A stretch of DNA of 64,000 nucleotides from assembly GCF_000143415.4 (NCBI RefSeq), contig NW_003314288.1, positions 1,488,056-1,552,055 of the forward strand, in the 5' to 3' direction. Positions 22,481-33,845 of this stretch are shown piece after piece; position 1 is the stretch's first letter; every line of letters starts with the position of its first letter. The notes under the pieces were generated by a model. It did no database searches. It was not told where the DNA came from and worked only from the letters and a program-made list of their open reading frames with translations. The stretch is from Selaginella moellendorffii (taxonomy: Eukaryota; Plantae; Lycopodiophyta). Position numbers and translations under genes: made by a program.

Positions 22481-25331
22481 GTGGGTTCGATTCCTGAGTT
22501 CCATGGGTTTAGGGCTTTGCTATGCTCTCCGGGGAGAATGTCGTGCAATGGCCTCGTCGCAATGCCGTCGATGACATCGATTCTTGCCAAGCGCGCTGGC
22601 TGCTACACATCGATCCGTGGTAAGTGCCTCCTCGCGACAGCGGCCGCGGAATTTCCAGCGCGGAGCAGCAGCGACGTCTCGGTTCCTGGCCAGGGATTTC
22701 GCAACCGGCCGCAGCGGGTTCCCTGGGGCAGTGATTTCTGGGAGAGAGGGAATGGAGGCGATAGAGGACGGGAATTTAGTGATAGAGATGCTGGCGGAGC
22801 TGTGGAAGAAGGAGGTGTGCCATTCAAGGACCCGAAGAGGACACCCAGGAAGCCGAGGAAGAGGCTCCAGCAGCTCCCACCGTATGGAAATCCGCGAGAA
22901 TCGGACATTAGATTCTCGAGGAGGGAGAACGAGATTGGGAGAGCGACGAAAATTCTCTCGTCCTTGAATGAAGCTCCTCCAAAGAGTGCTGTTATAGAAC
23001 GCTCCAGTGATAGCACCGCCGAGAGAGACGAGGGTGGTTTTCCGGACGAGGCTCCAGCGTGTGCCGTGAAGCAAATTCCTGCTTATCCGACCACCATCTA
23101 TGGCCACCCGATCGAGCACTGGAGAGTCAAAGTTTTGGAGAAGAAGAAGGCCAGAGCGGCAGAGCTAGCGAAGCTGGACGCCGACTTGGATGAGAGCGTT
23201 TATCTCAACGAGGAGTGGAAGAGAAAAAGGATACACTGGCTGTGCACCGAGATTCCTCGCCTGGACTCCATGCAAACCGTGAAGATCTTAAACTCGCAGG
23301 TGAAGTGGTTACATAACAAGGACATATCCATCGTGTGCCATCGGCTTCTCAGCATCGACCACTTCATTCGAGCTCACAGGGTACGTAGTTTTGCTTCCTT
23401 TGTTCCTTCGATCACACCATTTTGATCAGGTTTTCAAGTGGTCGCAGCAACGTCCATGGTTCGTTCTCGACTTTCAGCTCGCCAGCAGGATGTCCGAGCT
23501 ACTCGGCCAGACGGGAAAAGTCGGAAGAGCTCGCGACTTGTTTGATATCATCATCCAGTACGCTTATGTTCCCAAGGAATCCACCTACAGCACTCTCATC
23601 AAGTCTTATTTACAGGATGGCAGATACAAATACGTCGACGAGGCTTGGAAGCTCTACAACCGGATGAGAGAGTTTGGAGGATACGAACCCCCGGCGATTG
23701 TCAAGCACTCGCTCTTCAAGTTTTTGACGGAGAGTGGGAAGGCGAGCTTGAGGTGGGCCGACAGAGCTAATGCCGTCTTCAACAGCATCCGGGAGTGTAA
23801 TCTTCCGTGCACGACAGAGATGTACGAGACTCTAGTGATCATCCACGCCGTGAAGGGAGACGAAGCACGAGTCCAGTTTCTAGTTGACGACATGAAGTCA
23901 CAGGGTCTGGAGCTCTCTCCGTTGATCTTTGGAGCACTTATCCGGGTGTGCTCCAAGAGTGGCAACTATGTCAAAGCCGAGAAGCTCTTCGAGCAGCTGA
24001 AAGAAACGCAGGAAGAGCTCGACTGGCACTACTACATAGCCCTCATGGAAGCTTACGGCAAGGCAGGTCTCCCTGGCAAAGCTATGGACTTGTTCAGGGA
24101 AACGGAAAACTCTCCGACTTTTCCAAAGTTTGCTCTCTTCAAGATCATCATCGAGGTGATGGCTAGCAATGACCAAGTAGAAGCTACGGAGGAGCTCCTA
24201 GGCAAGCTCCACCCCAGCCTCTACAAGTTCCAAACTTTGCAGTCGGCTTTCAACGCAGTGATGGAGATGTACTCAAGGCTTGGCAAGTTCGACAAGGTGG
24301 ACTCGACCTACGCGTACATGTCCAAGCATGGCTGCCGTCCAAACAGGGAATCCTACCACTTACAGCTCCAGGCATTCATCGACAGTGGTCGCCTCGACAA
24401 GGCCGAAGAGCTTTACAACAATATGATAGAGAGGAAGTGCCTGAGGCCAGACTTCAAGACGCACGGGATAATGCTGGGAGCATACGGCAAAGCAGACCGG
24501 AAGGACAAAGTCAAGGAGATCTTCAAGCTGCTGACTGAGCACCGGCAGCCAGTCCCGGAAGAGTTCCAGCCTTACGTGGAGGCGTCGGTGAAGACAACCT
24601 GGGTGGAAAAGGCGAAGCTCTACGTGAGACCGAAGCTCACGTCCACGCAGCGAGCGATCCTAGCGGGAGTGCTGCTAGCGGGCACGCGAATGACCGCAGC
24701 GTCCTACAACGGTGCGTGCATCCACTTCGAGCAGGACGCGGAGAGCTACAAAGGCCAGGCTCTGATACACAACTTGTACGAGATCTTCACGGACTGGGCA
24801 GTGGAGACTCCCAAGGTGGTGGAGGACAGCGGCGGCCAAGGCAGGAAGCTCCACTTCCAGACGACGCCAAACGTGAAGTTCTACTTCTACTACCACCAGT
24901 ACAGGCCGAACGGGGAGCAAAAGATACCGCGCTTGGTTCACCGGTGGATCCCCGAGCTAACGCTGGCCTACTGGTACATGTATGGCGGTCATAGATCTCT
25001 GGACGGCCGATCGATGGTTTTCAACGCGGAAGCTTACGATCACAAGGAGCTGTGCCTGGTGGTGGAAGCCATGTACGAGAGGAGGATCCAGTGCCGGATA
25101 ATGCGAGACGAGCGTGGCAAGCACTACCTCGAGATTAGCAGCGAGTCGGCGGTGTGGCTGTGGAAGCTCGTCGCCGAGTACGTTCTCCCGGAGCTAATTC
25201 CTCTGCTCAAGATCGAGCCCACCTCCGAGCAAGTGCTCGAGCTCCCGGAGCCGACACATCCATTCTCCGGAGAAGAGACTGATAGCGAGAAAGAAGACGA
25301 TCTTAGCGAGGATCAAAACTTCCTTCCATAG
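22481..25331 (+). CDS. OTP51: PPR protein with C-terminal LAGLIDADG domains (OTP51-like plastid intron splicing factor); one intron 23381-23429; start codon uncertain
   Basis: Transit-peptide-like N-terminus, RIHWLC motif, tandem PPR repeats, KLTSTQRAILAGVLLAG, IPRLVHRW..LAYWYMYGG. The phase-0 intron joins the two ORFs. Confidence 0.85.
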
Positions 25332-25403
25332 ATCTTGGAGGCAAAGAAGAAACTTCAAGGAGACAAAGAACATCTAAACTTCACTGCCCTTCTTGGAGAC
25401 AAA

Positions 25404-26721
25404 CTAAACTTCACAGCTCTTCCATAGATCTGGGCTCTTGGCGATGGCATTCATATAGCTTGTGAGAGTGGAAGGGAAGTCGGTCATCACAGCGTCCACT
25501 CGCAATCCCTGCAAGAAGTAATCAAACTCGCGGTATGGATCCGCCCGGAAGTCTTTGGCCATGAACTGGGCTTCGTTGCGAAAGGTGGCGGGATGGATCA
25601 TGAGGCCTCTTACGTGCGCCCGGTCCACTATATCCGACGGCGGTGAGAGCCTCCCCGTGGTCTCGTCTATGGGCGCTATGGTGTTCTTGTCCGTCGATAT
25701 GCCTGCCACGTACGATTTGATGAAATCCAGGTATGCGTCGCTGCTTAGCTCCGAGTATGGCTGGAGTGTGTCTTGGGCGAGGTCCGTGTCTCTGCCAATG
25801 TTGAAGATCTTTGGCGACTTGGTCTGGTTTGCAACGCGCAGGATCGAGAGTGGTGCAAAGGATTGGATGAAAATCGGCTGCTGGAGCCACGATTCGGAGA
25901 GATACGGTGCGTTGTAGCCATACTTGAGCAGTGTTTCCACGTATTTGTCTTCGAAGAGCTTCCCGTGCGGCCATGTTACCTGAGAGATTAAAGACAGTTT
26001 GGGTGATTTTCGCCTTAGAGCTTACATGCTTGTTGATGAAGACTGGGTTTTTTATCTCCGGATCAATGCCCACAACTCTGGGTGCCTCCAATGCAATCGC
26101 AATGTACTCCTCGAATGTTGGTATTTGATACATCCCTGAAAGAAGCAAACTTGCTCTATGAGAACACTTCAAAACTACTGGCATCTCTTACCATTGTAAG
26201 CTTGATCCCTAAACTCATAGCGCTGGTGGACACGGAGGGACTTGATCTCATCCAAGGTGAAGTCGACTGTTCCAGACGAGAAAGATTTTAACTAGAAGAG
26301 ACTCAAGAAAGTACCCGCAAAAAAACCAGTGATGTTCTCGCCCTCCACTGGATAGGTTGCTCTTCTACTTGCAAACTCTGGGCGTTGCGCAACATCGGTT
26401 ATGGCGTCCAGAGTGGTGTCGTGCAAGCAGATGAGGAACCCATCCTTGGTAGCTCCAATGTCCGTTTCAATGATGTCTATGCCTTCTTGTATTGCCCTCT
26501 GCAGAGAAACCACTGATAAGAATAGATTTGGCAACCGCGAGAGAAGTGAGAACCTTGAACGCTGGAACAGTTGATTCAGGAAATTCCCCATTGGCTCCAC
26601 GATGGGCAATGGAGTAGGGGCCGCTGGTCTTGAAAGGAGCTCTGTGGTGAAATCCACCGGGAAGTCCTTGGCTGGAGATCACAAATTCGAAGGCCAGTAG
26701 CGCAAACAAACACAATGCCAT
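25404..26721 (-). CDS. Glycerophosphodiester phosphodiesterase (GDPD5/6-like), multi-exon, with signal peptide
   Basis: IAHRGANGEFPE, IETDIGATKDG..ICLHD, PEIKNP, IFIQSF, TFRNE, VDAVMTDFP, and GT-AG introns. Confidence 0.9.
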
Positions 26722-27074
26722 TGTCAATGAAGCAAGGTTAATTAGTCTTCACAAAGTCGACTCATACATAGCATGAAGATGCTGCTCCATTTGTCGCAAT
26801 CGTTGCTATTATCGAAATATCATATAAAAGGATCATAGACTTTCAGAGATCTCCAACATCCAGCATTAATTATATAGTATCTTAATTTGCGAACTGTTAT
26901 TAGGAATAGATGAGCATTTGAGCTAGTTGTAATATTCTGCTACACTGGTCATGTTGGTCAACATAGTCAACGTCACTGTAAAGCCCTAAATTTGAGATTC
27001 GAACCTGTGTCTCTTAAAACAGAGTGTGTAGGTCGAACCTAAGTTTTTTGAAAGACCTAAAAATTCTCGCGTCC

Positions 27075-28186
27075 ATGTCTTCACCGGCAGAGTGAGCTCC
27101 TCCTCATTCTCTCGATTCATTGCTTGATCCCCTCGCTTGTGCAGGTTCTATCACTCGCTGCCGCCGATTATCAAGTTCTATGGCACAACTTGCTTGCTCC
27201 TCACTACCGTGGAGCGATTGGGCCTTGTCAGTGGGATGCTTCTCTACTTCTCGCCAGAGCTCGCATTCAAGAAGCTCCAGGTGAGTCGGATCGCTGTTTC
27301 TTGGCTAGATTGGCTTTGTTTGCTCTCGCTTTAGCTATGGAGGGCCGTTACGAATTTCTTCTTCCTCGGGACCTTCTCGATGAACTTCGCGATCCAGCTG
27401 ATAATGCTGTAGGTGATCGATCGTCCAAGCTTTGTCGTCATTCACACCCTCTTCGTTGTTTCCAGGGCACGCTATGGCGTCCAGCTCGAGAGATCATTCG
27501 TTAGCACGGGACAGTTCGTGTGGATGATGGTCGTCTCGGCGCTCACTCTTCTGGTAAGAACTGATCTATTTTCTCGAGTCTCGGGATCGATTTTCTTCTC
27601 TTGCAGGGCATCGCCACCGTGTTTCCCAGCCTGAACTTCTGGTTCATGGGATCGGTGCTCGTGTTCATGCTCGTCTACCTCTGGTCACGCGAGTTCCCAA
27701 ACGCCAGCGTGAGCATGCTCGGCCTTGTCACAATCCAGGTGAAAATCACTCTTTCTTTCTCGTCTTTCTTCTTCACTCACTCCATCCATCGCCTTCCAGG
27801 GGTTCTACGTGCCATGGGCAATGCTCTTCATCAACACCATGTTTGGAGGCTCCTTCCTCCACGACCTCCTGGGAATCGTCATGGGCCACCTCTATCACTT
27901 CCTCACTGTTCTTTACCCGCGGTCGGGAGGACGGGACTTTCTTCGAGCTCCACGCTTCGTGTAAGACTTTCTCTTTTCCTCGCTCTTGGTTTGATCGCCA
28001 GCGCTTTTGGTTTTACTTTCCAGCCACAAGCTTCTGGCCAAGTATGGGATCATCCACAGCGTCCCGCGGCAGCCAGATCGTAGCAGCCGCCCGCAGCCAC
28101 AGGCAGAGTCGCCTCCATCTGCCCCGCCATCCGCCGCCGAAGGGACGGCATTCCGTGGACGAAGTTACCGCTTGAATCGAGACTAA
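27075..28186 (+). CDS. DER1: Derlin-1 (Der1-like ERAD membrane protein), multi-exon
   Basis: MSSPAE|..FYHSLPPI, RYGVQLER, YLWSREFPNA, LLGIVMGHLYHFL, and a C-terminal SHP box FRGRSYRL. Confidence 0.9.
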
Positions 28187-28508
28187 GAAGCAAGAAAAGA
28201 AGAAACCAACTCTTTTTGTTCTAGCCTGACTTGCAAATGGCAAATGGACCTTACAAGAAGTAGCGAAAGCTCCTCACAAATCGAGGACTCTTCTTTTCAT
28301 CGTCTCTGATATCGTTTCTTAAGTTAGATCTCTCGGAAGCTGATTGAAGAAGCCAAGGCCACAACGTTGGAAAAATAAAGCAAAGATGAAACATACTCTT
28401 GTGCTGGGCTGGATGATTTCTTATCGGCGCTGCAGCGGGTCTGTCATAAAATAAAACTACAAAAGGATGATTAGCTCCACAGAAAAGAAGCGGCATGAAG
28501 AACCAGCA

Positions 28509-30254
28509 TCACTCTTCTTCCGCGCTTTTCTTCTTCTTTTTCTTCTTCTCCGAGGTTGGCGGCTCTGAGTCCAGTACTACAACGTCTTCGCTCGATTCGC
28601 CTTTGTGCTTCTTCTCCTTCTTCTTCTTCTCTTGCTTTGGAGTTTCTTCCACGGCCTCCTGTTCTTCCTGTTCTTGCTTTACCTTTTTCTTCTCCTTCCT
28701 GGAGGTCGGAGTTTCTTCCAGTTCGACCTCGACCTCGGCCTCTGCCCTCTTCTTTTTCTTCTTCTTCTTCTCCGTTCCCCCATCGGCTGCGTCTACCATC
28801 TCCACATCTGCGCTCTCCACTACAGCCTTCTTCTTCTTGTCTTTCTTCTTCCCGCCGTCCTCCATGGCCACCGCTGCTCCCACCATAGCCATTTCATTGC
28901 CAGCAGCGACTACAGGAAGATCCACAGTCTCGATCTTAATCTTCACACCTCCCGCGGCGGCTGCGCTAGACGTACCAACGGCAGGATGGTTCCTCAGCCA
29001 CTCCTGCGGCGTCTTCTCGTTGGGCTTGCCATGCTTGTCGAGCAGCCCGGACGCGATCATCTGTTTCTTGGCGGAAGCTCTCGGCCCAAGCCCCCACTTC
29101 CTGGGATAAGTGTCCCTCTCCATCACCACCCTCTTCACCTTCGCCACCACGCCGTGGTCGCACGTCGCCATGTCCGACGTGCTCATCTGCGCGATGCCCA
29201 GAGCGATGGCCTCGCCTTTGGTGGTCATGAGCACCACCTCGGTGCCGACTCCAACCTTGGAGTCAAAGCGGAGCAGCCCCGGGATCATGAGCTTGGCACC
29301 GTAGCAAATGGCGTTCACTGCCGAGTCCTTGACGACGATCCGGGGATAGTTCGTGAGGAGAACCTCGAGCGGCATGATCACCCGCCGCAGGTAGCTCTCA
29401 TCCTTGTAGTTGTCGTAGACCCACTGCGCGTCCAGGACGTCGTGCATGGTGACCAAGTTGTCCTTCTCGCCGAGGATCCCCGACTGGACCCTCCGGAGCT
29501 CCTGCATGTGTCCCCCGACCCCGAGGAGCAAGCCGAGATGGACGCACAGCGTCCGGATGTAAGTCCCGGCCTCGCACTCCACCCAGAACACCACCAAGTG
29601 CTTGTCCGCATCGAACTCGAGGAGCTTGCTCTGGTAGATGGTCCTCACCCGGAGCTGGCGCTTCACGGCAGAGATGAGCGGTGGCCTCTGGAAGAGCGCG
29701 CCGGTGAGAGTCTCCAGCCCCCGCGCAACCTTGGCCACGTCCTCCACCGCCGAGTGGAGCCGCGCGACGCACACGTACTGCTTGCCGGCTCCCTGCTGCG
29801 CCTTGACGAGGCGCGTCGCTCGATCCACGCACACGATGAGGCTGCCGGTGACCTTGGGATCCAGCGTCCCGCTGTGGCCGGTCTTGTCCACTCGGAGAAT
29901 GCGCTTGATCCAGGCCACCACCTCGTGCGAAGAGGGATTGGAGGGCTTGTCGAGATTGATGACACCATACCTCACGTAGTCGAAGAGGGGGCGCTTGAGC
30001 GGCGTGAAGCCCGTGGGCAGCGGCGTGTAGTGGCCCGTGCGGACGTTGAGGGCGTCGTAGTTCTTGAGCAGCAGCGGCCACTTGGAGGTGTCGAGCGACG
30101 GCACGAACGACTGCGGCTTGATGAGGTAGTCGGTGCCTGCCTGCGCGTCGCCGAGGCTGGCGGCGCCAGTGGCGCCTCCGAGTTCTCCATGGGCCACGGC
30201 CACCACTTCCTCGCCCTTGGAGCGCTTGCGCTTCTTCTTCTCCGGCGCCTCCAT
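28509..30254 (-). CDS. CBF5: H/ACA snoRNP pseudouridine synthase (dyskerin/Cbf5/NAP57), intronless
   Basis: [28 protein letters not shown] domain, KKE-rich tail. Confidence 0.97.
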   Translation of the reverse strand: MEAPEKKKRKRSKGEEVVAVAHGELGGATGAASLGDAQAGTDYLIKPQSFVPSLDTSKWPLLLKNYDALNVRTGHYTPLPTGFTPLKRPLFDYVRYGVINLDKPSNPSSHEVVAWIKRILRVDKTGHSGTLDPKVTGSLIVCVDRATRLVKAQQGAGKQYVCVARLHSAVEDVAKVARGLETLTGALFQRPPLISAVKRQLRVRTIYQSKLLEFDADKHLVVFWVECEAGTYIRTLCVHLGLLLGVGGHMQELRRVQSGILGEKDNLVTMHDVLDAQWVYDNYKDESYLRRVIMPLEVLLTNYPRIVVKDSAVNAICYGAKLMIPGLLRFDSKVGVGTEVVLMTTKGEAIALGIAQMSTSDMATCDHGVVAKVKRVVMERDTYPRKWGLGPRASAKKQMIASGLLDKHGKPNEKTPQEWLRNHPAVGTSSAAAAGGVKIKIETVDLPVVAAGNEMAMVGAAVAMEDGGKKKDKKKKAVVESADVEMVDAADGGTEKKKKKKKRAEAEVEVELEETPTSRKEKKKVKQEQEEQEAVEETPKQEKKKKEKKHKGESSEDVVVLDSEPPTSEKKKKKKKSAEEE

Positions 30255-30263
30255 TTCTTCTCA

Positions 30264-30300
30264 AAAACCCTAAAGTCGGCACTAGGTTTAGGGTTTAGGG
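30264..30300 (-). promoter_or_regulatory. Telo-boxes at the CBF5 start
   Basis: AAACCCTAA and TAGGGTTTAGGG within 50 bp of the ATG. Confidence 0.65.
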
Positions 30301-32264
30301 CTTTGATAGCATATTCGTTTGAAAATCTCGTTTTGGGTTGTAGCTCACCAAGGTTATCACTATTGCTCTTACAGTGTATTACTCTATTGCTTGTAGCATT
30401 TTGAGAAAACTGCATAATTATAGACATTTATGTTGTTGATTACATTTCTTTTATAACAGTGTTTTAAAATTCAAAAAGTTACTAATATTAAAAGGAATAA
30501 AAATTAAAATCATATTAAAAATAGTACCTTAATTTTTAATATATATTAATATAATAATAATTTATTTAACATAAAATTTTAAAAAGAAAAGTAGCAAGGA
30601 TTAATTTGTGGAAAACAAAATTGTACTTTTAGTTAAAATGTAATATAACAACTATTAGCTAATTTTGTGAACTTAAAATCTCTTTAGTTATAATTTATTT
30701 GATTTTCTAGCTAGCTTACTACTATATTAAAATAAAAAAATAATATTTTAACACTTAGATTTTTACTATTTTTAATTTCATTTTAATAAAATTAATTACT
30801 AATTTATTATATAAATTTAATTTTTATGCTCTAAAGCATAAACAGTGAAAACTAATTTAAAATATGTATAATTTTTGTATCAATTTCAATATTACTCATT
30901 ATTCTGTAGTTAAGTTTCCTTGAAAAACTATTTTAAGAATATAATTACATTTTTATTTTTATATATATGAGCTATCAAATATATAAAAATATTTAAGTTA
31001 AAAGATGGCTACTAAAGCTGCTTATGGCGAGGTAGATGAAGTTAGTGAGGAGGTTATTAGTAGCATTATAGCTGAATCTTTTTATGATTTATTTTTTAAT
31101 AAATATTTTAAGTGAACTAGTATATAATTATTATGATTTTAAAATTACTCCAATTTTAAAATTTACATTTCTAAATAATTAATATTTTTTAATTTTTAAA
31201 TTTCAAAGTTATAAAAAATATTTAGAGGAATTATAAATTTAGCAAAATAATAGCTAATAATGAAGAGATAAAAATAAACATAGCAAAATCGCAAATCATG
31301 ATGAAGGAACTTTAGACTATAGTTAATCATTACCTTGGTAAAAGAATTTGTACTCACAATTAAGATGGATTAAACTACAATAGTATAAATCTAAACACAA
31401 TTAATCCCTAAATAATATTTGTATTGTTTAGTTCTTTCTTCTCACTATTAAATGCTATCTTGATGTATAAAAAGTAAATAAAAAATATGCATAATTTAAT
31501 TCTCCTTACCACCACCATCTTTATTAAATTTTCTTTTTATTTTTTATATTCATATTTGGAAAAACTTAAATAAATTTAAAAGTAATAAAGGAAAGGGTAA
31601 ATAACAATATTGATTATCCTATAATAGGTATTGCATGTTGTCATTTAAAGAGAATGAAAAATTGAGCTATAACAATTATCTACATAATTGAAGCTGTAAT
31701 TTTTATCATTAGGCAATCTACATTTTACATCCCCTTATGCAGATAATTATTTTTATAAATTATTTTATAATTTAATTTTACCTGCAATTATAATAGATTA
31801 ATTCACTTAGAATTTTTATTATAAATCTAAATAACAAAAATCAGATAATGTTCAAAGGTATTTTCTATTTTTTATTAATTTTATTTTTAAATTTATGGTA
31901 AATTTAATAAGATTTATATTAGTTATTTCTGTGTTGTTTTATTTATAATTTTTTTAAAAATGATGTGTTATTATACTCGTATTCTATAAAGTAATATAAA
32001 GTTTTAAATAATTCTCATTAAAGTAAAATAAAAATAAAAATAGCACAATCTTATAATCAAATTTGTTAGTGTAAGGTAACAATGTCACTCATTAAGTCTC
32101 AAGAAATAAAGGATTAGATTTAGATGTATCTTTAAGATACAAAGTTTTGCAAAAACTTTGAATGAATTTACAGTCTTCAGAACATGATTGAGCTTTTGCA
32201 TGATCTACTTAGAGAAAAATCCAAAACTTTGAATGTATACATTCACAGTCTTCACAAGCATTGT

Positions 32265-33275
32265 TTACATTGTAGCTATTGATGGTGCTGCGTTGTTGAT
32301 TTTAAGCCAAGCTGGCCTAAAATTTGCACTCGCTGTCGCCATTGTCGGAAGCACTCGCCTGGCTTCCACAAATGTGTCATCGGCCTTCTCTTGGAAATAT
32401 GGCATCTTCAAGGCGTTTTGCGCCGAGATCCTCCTCGCTGGATCAATCGCCAGCATCCTCTTGAGCAGCTCCACCGCATTGGGGTCTTTAATTCCGCTTC
32501 TCACGTCCTCGGCTTTCCACCACGCCATCTTCTCCAAGATCCTCTCGCGTGCTCGTTCTCGGCGCCTGTCTTGATAGCCCATGCCACAGCCATCGATGTC
32601 CAGCTTCTTGGCAAAATCAGCCACAAAATAGTTGAGCGAGTCTCCATCCTCCTCGTCGGGCACGTCAAAGGGATTGCTACCCAGGAGCATCTCCGCGAAT
32701 ATGCACCCGGCGCCCCACACGTCGATTGCGGTGCCAAAGCTGGTGGCACCCTTGAGAAGCTCCGGAGCGTTGAACGTCAGGGTCCCGACCTCGTTCGACC
32801 AGGGACGTGTCTGCAGCCTCCTCGCGGTAGTGAAGTCCGCCAGTTTCACCACAAACTTATTCTTCTCTCCATCCCTTTTTACAAGAACGTTGCTCGTCTT
32901 GATGTCTTGATGAACGATTCTGTGCGCGTGAATCCACGCCAGGCCCTCCAGGATCTGGCGCATCACGGCCTTGATGTCGTGCTCCCCAAGCTTGCGTGAC
33001 GAGACCACATCGCGCAAACTCCCGTCCATGAGCTCCATCACCATGAACGTACCCTGGTTGTTGCAGGTCAACCCAAGAAGATTGACAACGTTGTCGTGCG
33101 CTACCTCTTCCAGGATCTCCGACTCGTTGATGATGGTATCGTAAAGGTACTCGTGCTCGTACATCTTCTTCATGGCTACTTTGTCTCCAGTCTCTCGGTG
33201 GAACCCAACCCTCACCTCTCCGTCCGCTCCAGCGCCTAGCAACCGCGCGTCACTCGCCCACACATAGTCTGCCAT
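32265..33275 (-). CDS. Intronless CMGC-like (CDK/MAPK-like) Ser/Thr kinase with atypical motifs
   Basis: LGAGADGEV, VAMKK, HQDIKTSN, LADFT, GTLTFNAPE, DVWGAGCIFAEM. Likely start MADYVW at 33275. Confidence 0.85.
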   Translation of the reverse strand: MADYVWASDARLLGAGADGEVRVGFHRETGDKVAMKKMYEHEYLYDTIINESEILEEVAHDNVVNLLGLTCNNQGTFMVMELMDGSLRDVVSSRKLGEHDIKAVMRQILEGLAWIHAHRIVHQDIKTSNVLVKRDGEKNKFVVKLADFTTARRLQTRPWSNEVGTLTFNAPELLKGATSFGTAIDVWGAGCIFAEMLLGSNPFDVPDEEDGDSLNYFVADFAKKLDIDGCGMGYQDRRRERARERILEKMAWWKAEDVRSGIKDPNAVELLKRMLAIDPARRISAQNALKMPYFQEKADDTFVEARRVLPTMATASANFRPAWLKINNAAPSIATM

Positions 33276-33845
33276 CGCTCGAAAAAATGAATGCTTAGGA
33301 AAACCTAAAGGATTTGTTTTATAGTAATTTGCAGAAAAGGCCAGCTTCAAGAAAAAGATGGAGAAAAAGGAGCTTAGTTTAATTACAAGTGTAAAAAGAA
33401 AGGAAAAAAAATCTTTAAATCTTGGTGGTGATGTCTCGCCCGGGAACGTATGGCAGCATATTCTCCTTGAGCTTCCGTAGGATCATCAAGAGAGCACCAC
33501 CAACTTGTCTACACACACACAAAAGAGAGAAAAAAAAAAAAGGATCAGAAAACATAGAGAAGAAGCTTTTTTGTTGATCTCAAAGTTCATCGTTGTTGAT
33601 CGAGAAGAAGAAGATCCGATCACAGCAGAGACGAGCAGGCATTCCCAAAAAGACAAGGCTAATCTTCTTTGAGCATCGAGCCCGACCGTGTAAGTAAGAG
33701 ATCATAAAGGAACGGAATTAGGGCAAGACCTAGAGTGGCTGGAGAGGCGACTGGTTCATCCGGCAGATCCCAGGTACTGCATAGGCGCCGGAGTAGATCC
33801 GGATCAATGCCGGTGGGGCGGCGGCGGGGATTCTAGAGGGGAGGG

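Noticed and set aside
28605-30404. 599-aa antisense ORF over CBF5 (and similar ORFs over the RLK, GALT and PRP4 genes)
   Set aside because: Shadow ORFs caused by high GC3 codon bias, with no recognisable domain.
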